Shown here piece by piece: positions 36,708-48,840 of a stretch of DNA of 64,000 nt (its first letter is position 1; each line of letters starts with the position of its first letter). Both the position numbers and the translations under genes were made by a program. A model generated the notes under the pieces. That model had not been told where the DNA came from. It saw only the letters and a list, made by a program, of their open reading frames with translations, and searched no databases. Origin of the DNA: Anthoceros angustus (taxonomy: Eukaryota > Plantae > Anthocerotophyta); assembly GCA_010909165.1 (NCBI GenBank), contig MU008171.1, positions 1,116,001 through 1,180,000 of the forward strand, in the 5' to 3' direction.

Positions 36708-37809
36708 GGTGAGAAGACCGGTCTTCTCTTACTACCGTACCCCAAGGGGTGATTCGGTGTTAATTAATTAAAATTAATAAAAGTTGAAAATCCAGAAATT
36801 ATTATACTTAAAATGTTGAATAGGTAAAAATTTATGAGTTTATGATGCCGAAAATAAGAAAACTAGGGTTTGTGTGAAAAATTAGGGTCTATTTAGGGGA
36901 GGTCTATACATATCCATTAGTTTTATATATATACCTATGTATTTTAATAAATGTTGAAATTTGATAAAATTATTTTTTGTAAACATTAAAAATTTTGAAA
37001 AATATAAATATTTATGTTGAACCTTAATTTTTTTCCAAAATAATTATTTCGGCATTATCCTGTTGAACCACCCCTCGGTGTACGGTACATATTAATAATA
37101 TTTTTTAATTGTGTTATATTATATCATTTCTATGCTGTTAGAATTTTTATTTCGAGTTTTTTCTTCGAGCCGAGTTAGCTCGAACCGAGTTACATTATTC
37201 ATTTACATTATAAGAACATCTGAGTTTGTTAGAGCGGTTTGAGTGAAAAGATCCTAGTCTAATGTTATTGGCAGACAGACTTGAAGTTCTTGCTAGCTGA
37301 CCAACTGGCCGAGAGCCGGATGTGGAACCTGAAAGCACAGCCAGTTACCTCCTGAATACTTCAGAGCACCATAGCAAAGGTGAAAAATATTGGCTGAAAG
37401 CACAACCGATTTCCCCCCTCCTGTGTACATTTTATAACACCATTGTTCGACACGAAACGGTGAGACCTGGAGCAAACTGGAGCTTACTCACATCTCGCAA
37501 CTAAGCGGACCAGTATAATAGTGAGGTGCACACCACCTCAGACAAATCCAAATCCCAAGGCGTGTCAAGAGGTGAAAGAAGTTGCTACGCTTGGAGCGAT
37601 GCAGTCAACAGACCATCAAGCTACAATGCAACGGGAGATACACAAACTGGAAACAGGATCCCAGTACGCATAAACATTTCCTCTGTATTTCATACATTAT
37701 CATTACGATGACGTGCCATTGTCGATGGACACTGGAACAGCCCGAGGCACAACAAAACATGTCGGGCGCAGAATCGATGTCTCATGAAGTAAAGCCCGAT
37801 GCTGACCCT

Positions 37810-38770
37810 CTAAGCTCCTGGAGCAGCACGGCTGCCTGCAACCGCGCCGGGTCCTGGCAAAAGAGGCTCTCGTTGTGCAGCAGAGGCAGCCCGAGATCTG
37901 CGGCCTGATGAGGAAACCATGGTGTTAGTGCCTGATCAATCGATGAGAAGACTTTCGCAAGTGTCAGAGCTTTGCAATAGGAGCTACCAAAGCTCACCTA
38001 AGTAGGCCATGGACGCGATCAACAGCATGGATAGCCCGGACACAAGCAAGTCGGATCCGAACACAATTCCTATCAGCACGAGTCCGTACGTCGGCGCAAG
38101 AGCCAAAATGGTGAAAGCAAGGATGATGGACAGTAGCCCGCTGACCAAAACGGCCGGCCAGGAGCTCATTTGCCGCACTTGGCATGCCATGAGCAGCTTC
38201 AACACTCCCTGTGAGCACACGCACGCAAATTATTGCCGGTCTCACGTTGCGGTCTCATCGACAAACTGCTCACAAACAATCCAAGAGAAAGGAGATGTGA
38301 CAAACATGAGCTAGAAACCACCCGGCGAGAACGAAGAGGAGCATCGTCCCGCCTGCGATCGGCTGAAGGAGCATCCATATGCCGACACCGAGATGAAGAA
38401 ATCCGAGAAGCAAGAATGAAGTAGTTCCCGGCGCGCCGCAGACAAGCAGGAAGTGAAGAAGCGAAACCGCGCCACTGAGAACCAGCAGCCATGCTATGAG
38501 CTGCTCCACAGCCAAAGCAAAGACGATGGGGAACACGATGCCGACAACTCCGACGGCCACGAAAATGGCTCCGAAGATGGTGTAGTAGAGTGCCAGCCTC
38601 TCCAAGTGCTCCTCTTCCACATCCGAGGTGAGCGCTCTGATCGGGATATTGATGTAATACGTCTGCCTTTCCTCGGGAGGCACACCGGCGGGGACATCTG
38701 CTGCCTGCGTCGGGGACGCCGTGCCCGCCCCATAGCCGGACTGATAGTAGCCTTCCTCCTTGGCTGCCAT
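37810..38770 (-). CDS. HdeD/DUF308-family multi-pass membrane protein, 3 exons, 256 aa
   Basis: Exons 38770-38306, 38208-37998 and 37904-37810 (GT-AG, phases 0 and 1) give 771 nt in frame. The core IFGAIFVAVGVVGIVFPIVFALAVEQLIAWLLVLSGAV...LGVGIWMLLQPIAGG...LAGWFLAHGVLKLL...WPAVLVSGLLSIILA...IGIVFGSDLLVSGLSML follows the duplicated DUF308 helix-pair pattern of E. coli HdeD. Confidence 0.8.
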
Positions 38771-39650
38771 GATCGATGCTTAACCCTGCGCTCCTGCCGA
38801 TCCTCCTCAAATTGATATGCGCTGATACCTTTCCTCGCTTTGCCCCCGCCTTAGCAGCAGCAGCAGCAGCAGCGATTCAGCCAAAGAGTTTCAGGGACAA
38901 TGCTTTGAGGACGCACATGGCATCCACCAGGCTTGCGAGCCGAGGGTGAGAGTGTCGGCCTCCTGAAAGCACAACGTACACACGGGACATGTGGACAGCC
39001 ACGTGTCTGCTTGCCCGGACTGTTATGTGGTAGAGCCCTTCATGCACGCCGACTGTGGCCAGCTGTCGCCTCCTACCGGCTAGTTTTGTGCTACAGATGC
39101 CGAGTCAAACAATGTTCACTGGCTACAGACGGTCGCAGTTCTCGGTGCCCTAAATCATGTATTAACGTTCTCAAAGAGGAGCTGCGCACACCCCAGTCAC
39201 TATTCGTTACCACCTAGAGACTTGTCACCTGTTTGTCCCCCACACCGGAAGACTGGATCAGTAGTGTGAAAAAGTATCAATCAATTCACTCCACCTGCAT
39301 CTGCCGATCTAGACATACATACTGTATCAGCCGCCCCGGGGTTGAGATGCGGCGTAAAGATAAGGCCCTCAAAGTTGAAGTCTGAAAAAGATTTTCTGCT
39401 AACGAATTGTCGTCCAGCCCAAGCTCTATTGAGGTACTTACATCAAGTTGCCCCATAAGTGACACCTAGAAGTTGGAAGGACCTTGAGCAAGCATGCCAC
39501 GTTGCTGCATACAGGCCAGCATATTTCTGGGGCTTCTGCATGAGCTGTTGCTTCATCTGGGCCCTTCAGAGAACAGAAAGATTCTTCCCATGAGAGCCCA
39601 CAAAGGGACCTATTTCAGAGTGCTGAAATGAGACAAAACACTTCAAGTTC

Positions 39651-40979
39651 CTAAAGTTCAAAATCGTCATCTTTGAGAGCCGCCTCTCTTGTAGCTTCCT
39701 CCTCCTCTTCATCAAGCACAAAGTAGGGGTTGTGAGGAACCGGGCGGAACTTATAGCCCGTGAATAAGTAAAATGCAAGAGTGGCCAGCTCCTCCGCAAG
39801 GTCGCTTGTCCAGTGATAGTTGTAAGTCGTCACCGTCTTGAGCGCAAAAACTACAATGCGCGTGAAGTAGATGTAGCTCACCACAACAATATAATACTGC
39901 CGAAACAAGGTGAGCTTCACCACATTTCTGGCAGCCTTGCCGTCTGTCTGAGATGCTTCTCGAAGATGCTTTATCGACCAGACGATGGGGAGCAAGACTG
40001 CACAGCAGCAGATGAGGTCGAACAAGAGAAATACTTGCCTCCACGTCAACCAGCTGCGGTTTGAGGCAGGCCCCGTCTCTTCAATCACAATATTGGCTAT
40101 GTTTGCCATGACTTGTAGGGGAATAACCACCATGAGAACCTTCTTTTCCTTGTCCTGCAGAAACGGCTTCAGAAAGGACCAGCCTGTACCGATCAGCACA
40201 ATGACTATGAAGAGCATCACTCCCCGGAAGAAGCCGGATATGGTATAGGCAATATCCCATCCATGGGGTGTCCCAGTCTTCTCCACATAAGATTTGTCAG
40301 CCGCCTCGAACATCAAATTCAACACTTTTATGAAAACCAAGAGCCCCATGAGCAGATGGATGGAGTGGGCTGTTTCCTTCTGCTTCAAGCAGACGTACAC
40401 CCAGACGACGAACAGCACGACATAAATCGTGGCAAAGGAGAAATAAAGAGACGGCAGCTGCGTCTGACCTGCAGGGAGGTAGCTTTTCACTCCCTTCACC
40501 AAATTGTACATCTCAGTGGTGACCTCCATAGATACGTGGTTCTCCTGGCAGTTAGAAAACATAAGCGTATACTCATCTGCTTCGATGCTGGCATTATAGG
40601 AGTAAGGGAACTGGGCCACATCCTCCAGCCGGAACAAAAGCTTGACATGCTGGTTATCCAGCAGGCAGTCATTGGGATTCTGCTCCTCATCCACCAGAAC
40701 CTGCAGACGGGCCTCCCCAGTGATGAGGAAAAACCCCATGGAGTGGGCGGACGCAGCTGGAGCATTGCCCGCCGTCTGCACCTCTAGACTATTGAGAATG
40801 ACATCCACCCGACCCTGGGAGCCGAAGCCGAAGGTCTCGAACACTATAATGTTCCGGTTATCATCCTTGATACTGGAGTGCACGATGTCGGCATTGCAGA
40901 GCGGCAGGAGCGCAAGCAACAGGAAGAAAGCCAGTCCCAAGCAGCCCGGAAGCGCGGCTCTCCCACCCCCGCCCCCCAT
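39651..40979 (-). CDS. CAND6/CAND7-like lung seven-transmembrane receptor family protein (GPR107/GPR108 type), intronless
   Basis: A signal peptide (LAFFLLLALLPLCNA), a lumenal domain (FETFGFGSQGRVDV...EYTLMFSNC...MEVTTEMYN) and a 7TM part with IVLIGTGWSFLKPFLQDKEKKVLMVVIPLQV, KAARNVVKLTLFRQYY and TGYKFRPVPHNPYF. The start is taken at MGGGGG; the ORF track extends upstream to 41021. Confidence 0.93.
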   Translation of the reverse strand: MGGGGGRAALPGCLGLAFFLLLALLPLCNADIVHSSIKDDNRNIIVFETFGFGSQGRVDVILNSLEVQTAGNAPAASAHSMGFFLITGEARLQVLVDEEQNPNDCLLDNQHVKLLFRLEDVAQFPYSYNASIEADEYTLMFSNCQENHVSMEVTTEMYNLVKGVKSYLPAGQTQLPSLYFSFATIYVVLFVVWVYVCLKQKETAHSIHLLMGLLVFIKVLNLMFEAADKSYVEKTGTPHGWDIAYTISGFFRGVMLFIVIVLIGTGWSFLKPFLQDKEKKVLMVVIPLQVMANIANIVIEETGPASNRSWLTWRQVFLLFDLICCCAVLLPIVWSIKHLREASQTDGKAARNVVKLTLFRQYYIVVVSYIYFTRIVVFALKTVTTYNYHWTSDLAEELATLAFYLFTGYKFRPVPHNPYFVLDEEEEEATREAALKDDDFEL

Positions 40980-41491
40980 GGCTCGGGGGCTACCGATGCG
41001 CAAAACCTGAAGCATGCACAACGCCGAGAAACCGTGAGGAGGAGCTGGGAAACATCACATTGCAACCCTTCCACACCAAATGGCGACGTGTCTGGGCGGC
41101 ACATCAACTGACGAAGCAGGTCGGAACAAATCCGCATCTGCAGAGCCAAGCCAAGGAAGGCAAAAGCACAGCCGCATCAAAGCAGCAACCTAGTAACTTA
41201 CGCTTGCAGCAAACCGGCGAGGGGATCGACCTAGCCAGTGCCCTGCAGCGACAGGTCGGGAGACCCAAACCCTGTGGCTTCGCCGACACTTTCTCCGGTT
41301 GGAGTGGGAAAGCCAAGAAGCTTCTGCCCTGTGGGCTGCTTAGTTCACAACTTCAAAATCGTCTCATAGATTCTTGCGTCCAACTCTGGAAATTGCTCGC
41401 AGGTAGACTATTACCCGGCCTGCCTGCCTGCCGTAGGTAGTTCAGCTGCAGGCAATATACCTACCTGTATCTTTTTAGCGGAATACATAGA

Positions 41492-41531
41492 CGTCATTCC
41501 GTCATTCCGTCATTCCGTCATTCCGTCATTC
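41492..41531. repeat. 8-bp tandem repeat (CGTCATTC) x5
   Basis: Read directly from the sequence. Confidence 0.9.
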
Positions 41532-42373
41532 AAGATAAAAAGGAAAGCAGCTGGGAGATTCTTAGCTAGAGATTCTGGCAAACAATATAATAAAAAAAGG
41601 AAGAAGTCTCTTATAGTCCATCTGGACGGAATTTTATTGTTATGGGACTCCGTATTTAACAACTTGTACCATGGTGTGCTTGAGCTGCTTGCACTAAAGG
41701 TATCCACTCCCTCTAGGCATCCTATCTAAGTATCCATCTAAGTGCTCGATGTTTAACAGCGGATCTTCTTATAAATGTGTGTCCATTTGGCTGAGAGCTT
41801 GCGGAGATCGACCAATGCGGCACCCTATATAGGAAAATCCAAGAGGTAAGTGGCTAACCTTTATAATATCCTCACAAACTTAGTTGTTTTGTTAGTGGAA
41901 GAAAATCTTCTTGTGTCTTGTCTCACAAGTTACTAAGCAGGTTTAATATTTTCAGGTTATTAATAAAAAATTTAACTTTAAGCTCTAAAAAAAACAGTCA
42001 GTTGATATTTGTGATACCAATTGAACAACTATGGAGTAGGTTCTATTGAATTTTATAAGCTTTCGCAATTTACTTACTAACCTAATATATGTCCTTAGTG
42101 GACTTTAATAGAGCTTCTTTTTCTTTTTATGTTCATTCTTCCAAACCATCATCCATAATAAAGTAATATTTCATCCATCAATCATCTCGAGAGCTTTTAC
42201 CTTAAAACCCTTAAGAGGCTATTCACAAGTCATATCAAAGATATCAATCAATGATTATTAAAATAATTTCTATGACCTTTTGCAAAAATGAGCTATCCTT
42301 TGTATCGGGAGCTTTATCTATATTTTCGTTAATTTCCTAAATGTAAAGATTTCATAGTCTTCATCCTATTTTT

Positions 42374-44332
42374 AAGAAAGATCGGTCGTCTTCTTACAAA
42401 CCTAGAACTTTAATTTGAAACCCTAAGGGCATCACTGGACTAGCCATTTAGCTACCATTCTGAAATGGTGGAAATTAGGCTAAACCGCACTTCCAGACAG
42501 CCGCTGATTTATCTGTCTGGTTCATTAATGCCGCTGATTTGTCTGTCTGGTTCATTAATGTAGCGCCGCAAATCGCGAATAGCTCGTTTGAGAACCGTGC
42601 GATACATTACCTTTGTATGTTGAACTATCGTTGTTGGATGAAAACAAAATAACTACTGTATCCATGTGCCCATTCCTAACATGTGTTGAACCATCATTGA
42701 ATACGCTCATTGAGGCCACTCAAATAGGGAGCGGCTATGAGAAAGTGGAAGACAATGCGTTATGCTTCTTGAGTGATGAGAAAATGATGATATGTTTGAT
42801 GAATGGAGTTAGGCTGTTACCTTTCCATAGCTGGCATGCATGCTGCCTAACTAGAGCTCGCACAAAGTGTGAGTAACTTTTCTCCAAACGGATTGTAAAG
42901 AATTACATTTCCGTTCAATCTAACTAGGCAAAGCTTACATGGCATATGATAAGGTGAATGGTGATGGGCATACCGAACATAGCTTCATAGGATGAACCAC
43001 CAGTGTGGTGGTGCCATAAACAAAACTGTGTGGTGGTGCCATAAACAAAACTTACTTTCTTATTCAATGTGTTCTAGAAATGTGCAAATTATGGCCCTTG
43101 CGCACATCACTTGGGATGACATCATAAGATTTTTTTGAGCTTGTTGCGTATTTCCATGCGCTGATCGACCACCTCATACGAGCATCCTGTCCTCCAATCT
43201 TCGAGACCTGGCTTCCATAGTTTCTATCCCCGCTCTGCTGGACTTATTCCATGTACAAGTAAGTGCGGAGATCCGGCTCCTCCACGCCTTCCACTTGGAC
43301 CATTCCTGCACATCTTCCTTTTCTCTCCACCTGATCTTTATCCGCCGGTATCTGTATGATGACATTGTTAACCGTGCCTCAAAGTTCCACTTTCCAAAAT
43401 TCTGCTTTGCCACTAATCTCCTTGCCCCTATGGATGCTCATGCGTTGTGCTTATCACCTCTTATTCCTAAGCAACTGGAAATCTGGGTACTCAGGACTCT
43501 CCGGCATAACTTGGTGTAGCGCCTCCCTTGCCATGCTTCCCACAAACAGCTTTCGGTCTTCCTTACGGTTCACTGCAGCTGCTCTAAAAGACCTTTGTGG
43601 CCGTTTGTCCCGTTCTCTCGACCTCACTCCGTGTTGTTTAGTGACTCCCTCCCTGTCTATGATCCCCATCTTTCGTAGGTTCTGCTTTTACAGATTATAG
43701 AAGTCGAGGTTCTCATGATAGCCTGTCGTCATTCTCTTACGGTTCGGCCAAAGCACCCTGCCCATCCTTCTGCTGGCTCACCGTCGGAACAAGACCCTCT
43801 CTCTCTTGACCTACCACTTAGCACTTTGTTTTTCAAGACCATTTTCAAATCCATGCAGGGACGACTCCAAGCTGTGCACTTTCATGGGACTAGCTCGCCG
43901 CTCGCAATATCCCTCTTAAGCACATCCTTGAAGCTCTTTCCGATGTTCCACTTGACCTGGATATGCTCCTCCACAAGCTGCTCAAACGTTAGGTTACTCT
44001 CAATAGCTTGGAAACCTCGATTCACCAAATGCGTAGTTCGGTAGCTTCCACGAAGACCACCTTCCTCGACTTAGTTCAAATTGCAATCGACTCTCTAGAA
44101 GTCTTGGATTATTCGTAGCATACCTCCTATATGCCTTTTCTTGAGGAATTGAGCAAGCCAATCACAAGAAAAAAAGAAAGATTTGTCGTCTTCTTACAAA
44201 CCTTGGAACTTTAATTTGAAACCCTAAACAAAACGCACCTTCTTGTTCAATATGTACTAGAAATGTTCAAATTATGGCTTCTGCACACATCACTTGGGAT
44301 GACATCATAAATATTTTTTTTGAGCTTGTTGC
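42374..44332. repeat. ~160-bp diverged direct repeats (42374-43147, split by an insertion; 44174-44332) flanking ~1 kb of degenerate sequence
   Basis: Both copies share AAGAAAGAT..GTCGTCTTCTTACAAACC..GAACTTTAATTTGAAACCCTAA and ACAAAAC...CACATCACTTGGGATGACATCATAA...GAGCTTGTTGC. Confidence 0.8.
42427..43016. mobile_element. ~590-bp MITE-like insertion with a TAA target-site duplication (PIF/Harbinger/Tourist-like)
   Basis: The filled site is CCC-TAA|GGGCATCAC...GTGGTGCCA|TAA-ACAAAAC; the paralogous empty site at ~44222 is CCC-TAA-ACAAAAC. The TIRs are short and imperfect. The right end is duplicated as a 25-bp repeat (43003-43052). Confidence 0.6.
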
Positions 44333-45972
44333 ACCTCTCTTTGAAAGCAACAAGCACGGCAGCCATTCTTTCAGGCACGTGAGTCCGAGCGCTTTCAATC
44401 AAAAGGATTGATGCATGCAAGGAACCTTTTTGATGCATGTGAGGAAGGTTGGGGTGACTACATGCTTGACCCCAACCCCGCTCTATTTCACCTACGAGTG
44501 TGGTGATCTTCCGGGTTGAAGCCCATGTTTTAGTTTTGTTTGTGGTCTGAAGAGCCATTGTGTGTAGGGTTTGTCTTTTGTTTGGTCCGTTGGTGTATGC
44601 CTTGCGATTTGTCTTGCAGCCTTGGCCTCATGTTTCATTCTTGAACTTTTCAGCTCTTCCGACATGCCATGCCCACTCTATTCCCTCGCGGCCACCCTAT
44701 GTAGTTGTTGTCACATGTGTTTGTTGATTAAGATCTATTGCACCATAAGAAATATTTGTTTGTTTAGGTAATACATAAAGTCCAGCTTAACAAGATACTC
44801 TCCATATATAGACCGTGCCACTATCACGTCCTTCATCTTAGCGAGAATGTTGTGATCTTTATTATTACACAAACAAGAAATAAATACAATTTTATCAAAA
44901 GAACAATGAGCCATTGTATAGTCACTGTGTCACAAACTCATGTCTTCAGGTCCATATGCATCTTCTTTCTTCTTCTGAGCGGGTGAAAGCAGTCAGCACC
45001 TCCAATGCATGGGTTGCAGGAGCCCAATTTGCAAGTACTCCGTGCCCCGTCCTGCATCCATCCATGACCGATCCCTTCAAGTATGTATGTACTCGGGTTG
45101 GCTGCCGCTTGTGGTGTGCGATATTGAAACTTTTTCAAAGCCCGTGGAATGAAAGAGGGCGTCGTCCTGGTAATTGTGCTGCGGAGCACACAGCCTAGTT
45201 GTTTTGGTATTTCTATTATAATTAATTAATTAATTAATTATTAAATAACATTTAAATTGTTACATAAGCTGGGAAACGCGGTTAGGCGTTTTGGGGTTTA
45301 TGGGATACATGTTGTGCTCACGTTCCACTGAAAAAGAAGGTACCCACATAGTCTACACTATGTGAGAGATTGAAATGAAGTTGGAATACCGACGAGGTGA
45401 CGAGAAGCGGTTGCTCGGAAAGGTATGCGGACGGAGAACGGGGTGCAGTAGATACTGCACGGTAATAACGGGGTGGTGCATACGAGGCAGCTGTAGTATT
45501 GTACACGGTACTGTCATTGGGCATTTGGCGCAAGCGAAGAGTGGAGGCACGTAGGCCGTACGATGAGTGCGCCTGGGCTTGGGGCAGAGGCGGCGAAACA
45601 AAGCGCGGGCCACGTAAAGGCCGGTAGGCGGCCCTTGGAATCCGGCGATGTTGGGAAATCCGAGAGGACTTTGACTGTGGATTTCACTCGCTCATCTCAT
45701 TCACCGAGCTCAACTCCCGCCCGCGGCGCTTTGCGTGCCTGCGTCCAGCTTGACTGACTGACGTTGCGACGCGCACTTCCTTGCCACCGAAGCGTCTGCG
45801 TCTTCGCTCGCCTTGCCCCGGGGGACTCTGCACTGTACCCACCAGTGTGCGCACAGTGCGGGCGCGCCGAGGGCGAGCTGCAGGTGGAGCGGGACGGCGC
45901 GGGACGTGGATGGGCACGGATCGGGCGTAGCGGAACAAGGTCGGATCGGAGACGCCCAGCTGCGCCGCGGAG

Positions 45973-47771
45973 ATGGGGGGATGGTGTTGCTGCGCCGTGG
46001 AGGAGCAGGACCGGAAGAACGTGGAGCTTCCGCAGGCGCACCCCGCAGGCAACGGTGCGCAGAACGCAGGTAGGCGGGGCGAAGGGATCTGGGATGGGGA
46101 TTCGGGGCAAGGGCCAGGGCCGGGGCCGGGGCCGGGGCGGGCAGGGAAGGGAAGGGAAGGGAATTAGGGTTATGCAAGGCCATTCCCGGATCTGGGGAAT
46201 GCGACGCGGGGCTGTGCTTGCCGGCTTGCTGCTCACCGGATTCCTGATGCAGGCTACCAGGCGGGGCCCAGGCGGGACAACGCGCCCCCGGCAGCTGCTC
46301 AGGCCCGGGCGCAGCCCATCAATGCGCCCGCCATCGGTATCGATGACATTAGGGAGGCCACTGACAACTTCGGCGGCAAGGCCTTGATTGGGGAGGGCTC
46401 CTATGGCAGGGTTTATCTCGCCAATCTCTCGGATGGCCAGGTGGCTGCCGTCAAGAAGCTAGATGCTAGTAACCAGCCGGACCAGGAATTTCTGAACCAG
46501 GTGATGTGCGGGGGGGCAGGGGGGTGCTCTCGGGCTTGCTGGCCGGCCTTCTTCTCCGGAGTTGTACGCCGCTTTTCCGGGGTTGAATTTGGTCTCTTTG
46601 GTGCATGGCTGCAGGTGGCCATGGTCTCCAGGTTGAGAAATGAGAACGTAGTGGAGCTAGTGGGGTATTGTTTGGATGGCCAGCTGCGTGTGCTCGCCTA
46701 CGAGTACGCCACTATGGGGTCGCTCCACGACATTCTACATGGTACAGTAGCGTAGCTGTCCGGACCTCTGCATTGATGGCTTAAGTTACACTTGAGGAGA
46801 TTGGTGTCCATGCAGGTCGGAAAGGAGTGAAGGGAGCGCAGCCGGGACCTGTGCTGGACTGGATGCAGCGAGTGAAGATCGCTGTTGGAGCGGCCAGGGG
46901 GCTCGAGTATCTTCATGAGAAAGTTCAACCCGCCATAATACATCGGGATATCAAATCCAGCAACGTCTTGCTGTTTGATGACTACACGGCGAAGGTTGCA
47001 GATTTCAACCTGTCCAACCAAGCTCCTGATATGGCTGCCCGTCTCCATTCTACTCGTGTTTTGGGTACCTTTGGCTACCATGCCCCAGAGTACGCGCTTG
47101 CTCCCTCCTCCGCTTCTTGGGAGCCTGGAGTCACCTTTCGTAGTCAATGTCTTCGGTCGGTCTTATGCCAAACAGGTTTGTTTGATGACGTGATATACGT
47201 AATGTTTCAGGTACGCCATGACAGGGCAGTTGACCCTCAAAAGTGATGTTTACAGTTTTGGGGTGGTTCTATTGGAGCTTCTCACTGGCAGGAAACCTGT
47301 GGACCATACTATGCCGCGCGGACAACAAAGTCTTGTCACATGGGTCAGTCCTAGTCGCTCATCATCCTGGGATGTGCACGATGGCAAACATTTCTTGTGT
47401 CTCACGATTTCTTGTGCAGGCAATGCCGAGGCTGAGTGAAGACAAGGTGAAACAATGTGTGGATCCAAAGTTAAAGGGAGAGTACCCTGCCAAGGCTGTC
47501 GCCAAGGTAACCACCCCGAGATCTTTGCATCGGAATCAGATTGATTGCTTTTGGCTTTATCAAGTGGCTTCATCTGAAACTTCTTGTGGTTAACTGCAAA
47601 GGATTTTTCTCACTTTGTCCCTCTGTTGGGCAGATGGCGGCAGTCGCTGCCCTATGTGTGCAGTATGAGGCCGACTTCCGGCCAAACATGAGTATTGTTG
47701 TTAAAGCCCTGCAACCTCTTTTAACGACTAAGCCTGCTCCTTCAGGGGTTGCAGGCCCTCCTCATGAGTGA
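45973..47771 (+). CDS. PTI1: PTI1-like receptor-like cytoplasmic kinase (RLCK-VIII), 7 exons
   Basis: Exons 45973-46069, 46253-46500, 46615-46741, 46816-47089, 47211-47343, 47420-47506 and 47634-47771. Motifs: N-terminal MGGWCCC (lipidation-type), [124 protein letters not shown]. Confidence 0.96.
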
Positions 47772-48840
47772 CGGTTGTTGCATGGTCGGTGCAGGAGTAT
47801 GTACGTACTGAGAAATATGGTCCACGGTTTTTTTTAACAACCATCCGTCTTCTATGGGAAGCTCGCTGCGAATAGGGCTGCTTGATGTTTGCCCTCGAAG
47901 TCTTCAACTCGGGAGAGCAGGATGCAGATGGTATTAAATCGGGTACCTGGAGATGGAGGGATGCATTTGGTTATGTACTTAGTTTTGGGGTTGGTATCCT
48001 ACGAGATTGTCATCGTTCCTTGTAGCAATGGTGTGGTGCTAGGTGGCCGTCTTTCTAAGATACGAACCGAGAGGGTTGGGATCTCCTGCGAGATGAGGGT
48101 CATCCGTAGAAGGACTTGGAATGGTGGGGGAGTTGCTTACTGCCGTTCTGGTTTTCGCATCCTACAGCCAGTATCCCAGGTCCATGTATTTGTGTTAGAG
48201 AAAATTTTTTTGTCAAGTCTGAGCTGCTTGAATAATGCGCGAGTGCAGTGCTGGCTGCCAGCGATTGCAGGGCTTTTTCCGGATATGCACTGTTATAACT
48301 ACTGGAATATCCAGCTGCCGATTGTGTAAGCCTGGCAGTCCGTCCCATGTTCAACGCTATTAAAAGATACATATAACGTGACTTCCTACTCCTGTGCTCT
48401 GTTTTCTCGGTCCCTCGCCTTGTTGTTGGCACCATTCCCTTCGTCCCTGGCGTTATATGTATGTAGGTCTTTGAAGTCGGAAATGTAGGCTCTCTGGTTT
48501 CCATCACCGTTGAATCTGCCGGGGTCTGGGCCCTACAGGCTACCTGGCAGACCAGGCTGGGCGAGTGGTGATTGGTGGCAACCGATCACTCATATCAGGC
48601 ATTGCCACACACTTTTCCCGACCCGAGCTAATCACATCACTCGGCGAGAACTTGAATGGAAGGGAAGGCAGGTTGCCCATACTTGTCATGTTTACACTGT
48701 TCGGGTTACACATTTGGCACGATTTCATCTTGGGAAGCATCAGGCTTGTGAATGCAGATTTCACGGCTAGCGTCTGAGCAGAAAGGAGCAATGCAGGAGC
48801 GGGCAAGTTAAGCTCCATGTAGCATCCCGACGGAAAGGCA

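Noticed and set aside
39651-40979. Intronless 7TM gene as a retrocopy or horizontal transfer
   Set aside because: The sequence is a typical plant CAND6/7 protein, there is no poly(A) or TSD, and from memory plant members of this family are commonly single-exon.
45684-46387. Long GC-rich ORFs on both strands upstream of the kinase domain
   Set aside because: They are explained by PTI1 exon 1, intron 1 and the 5' UTR; the true frame is fixed by the splice phases.
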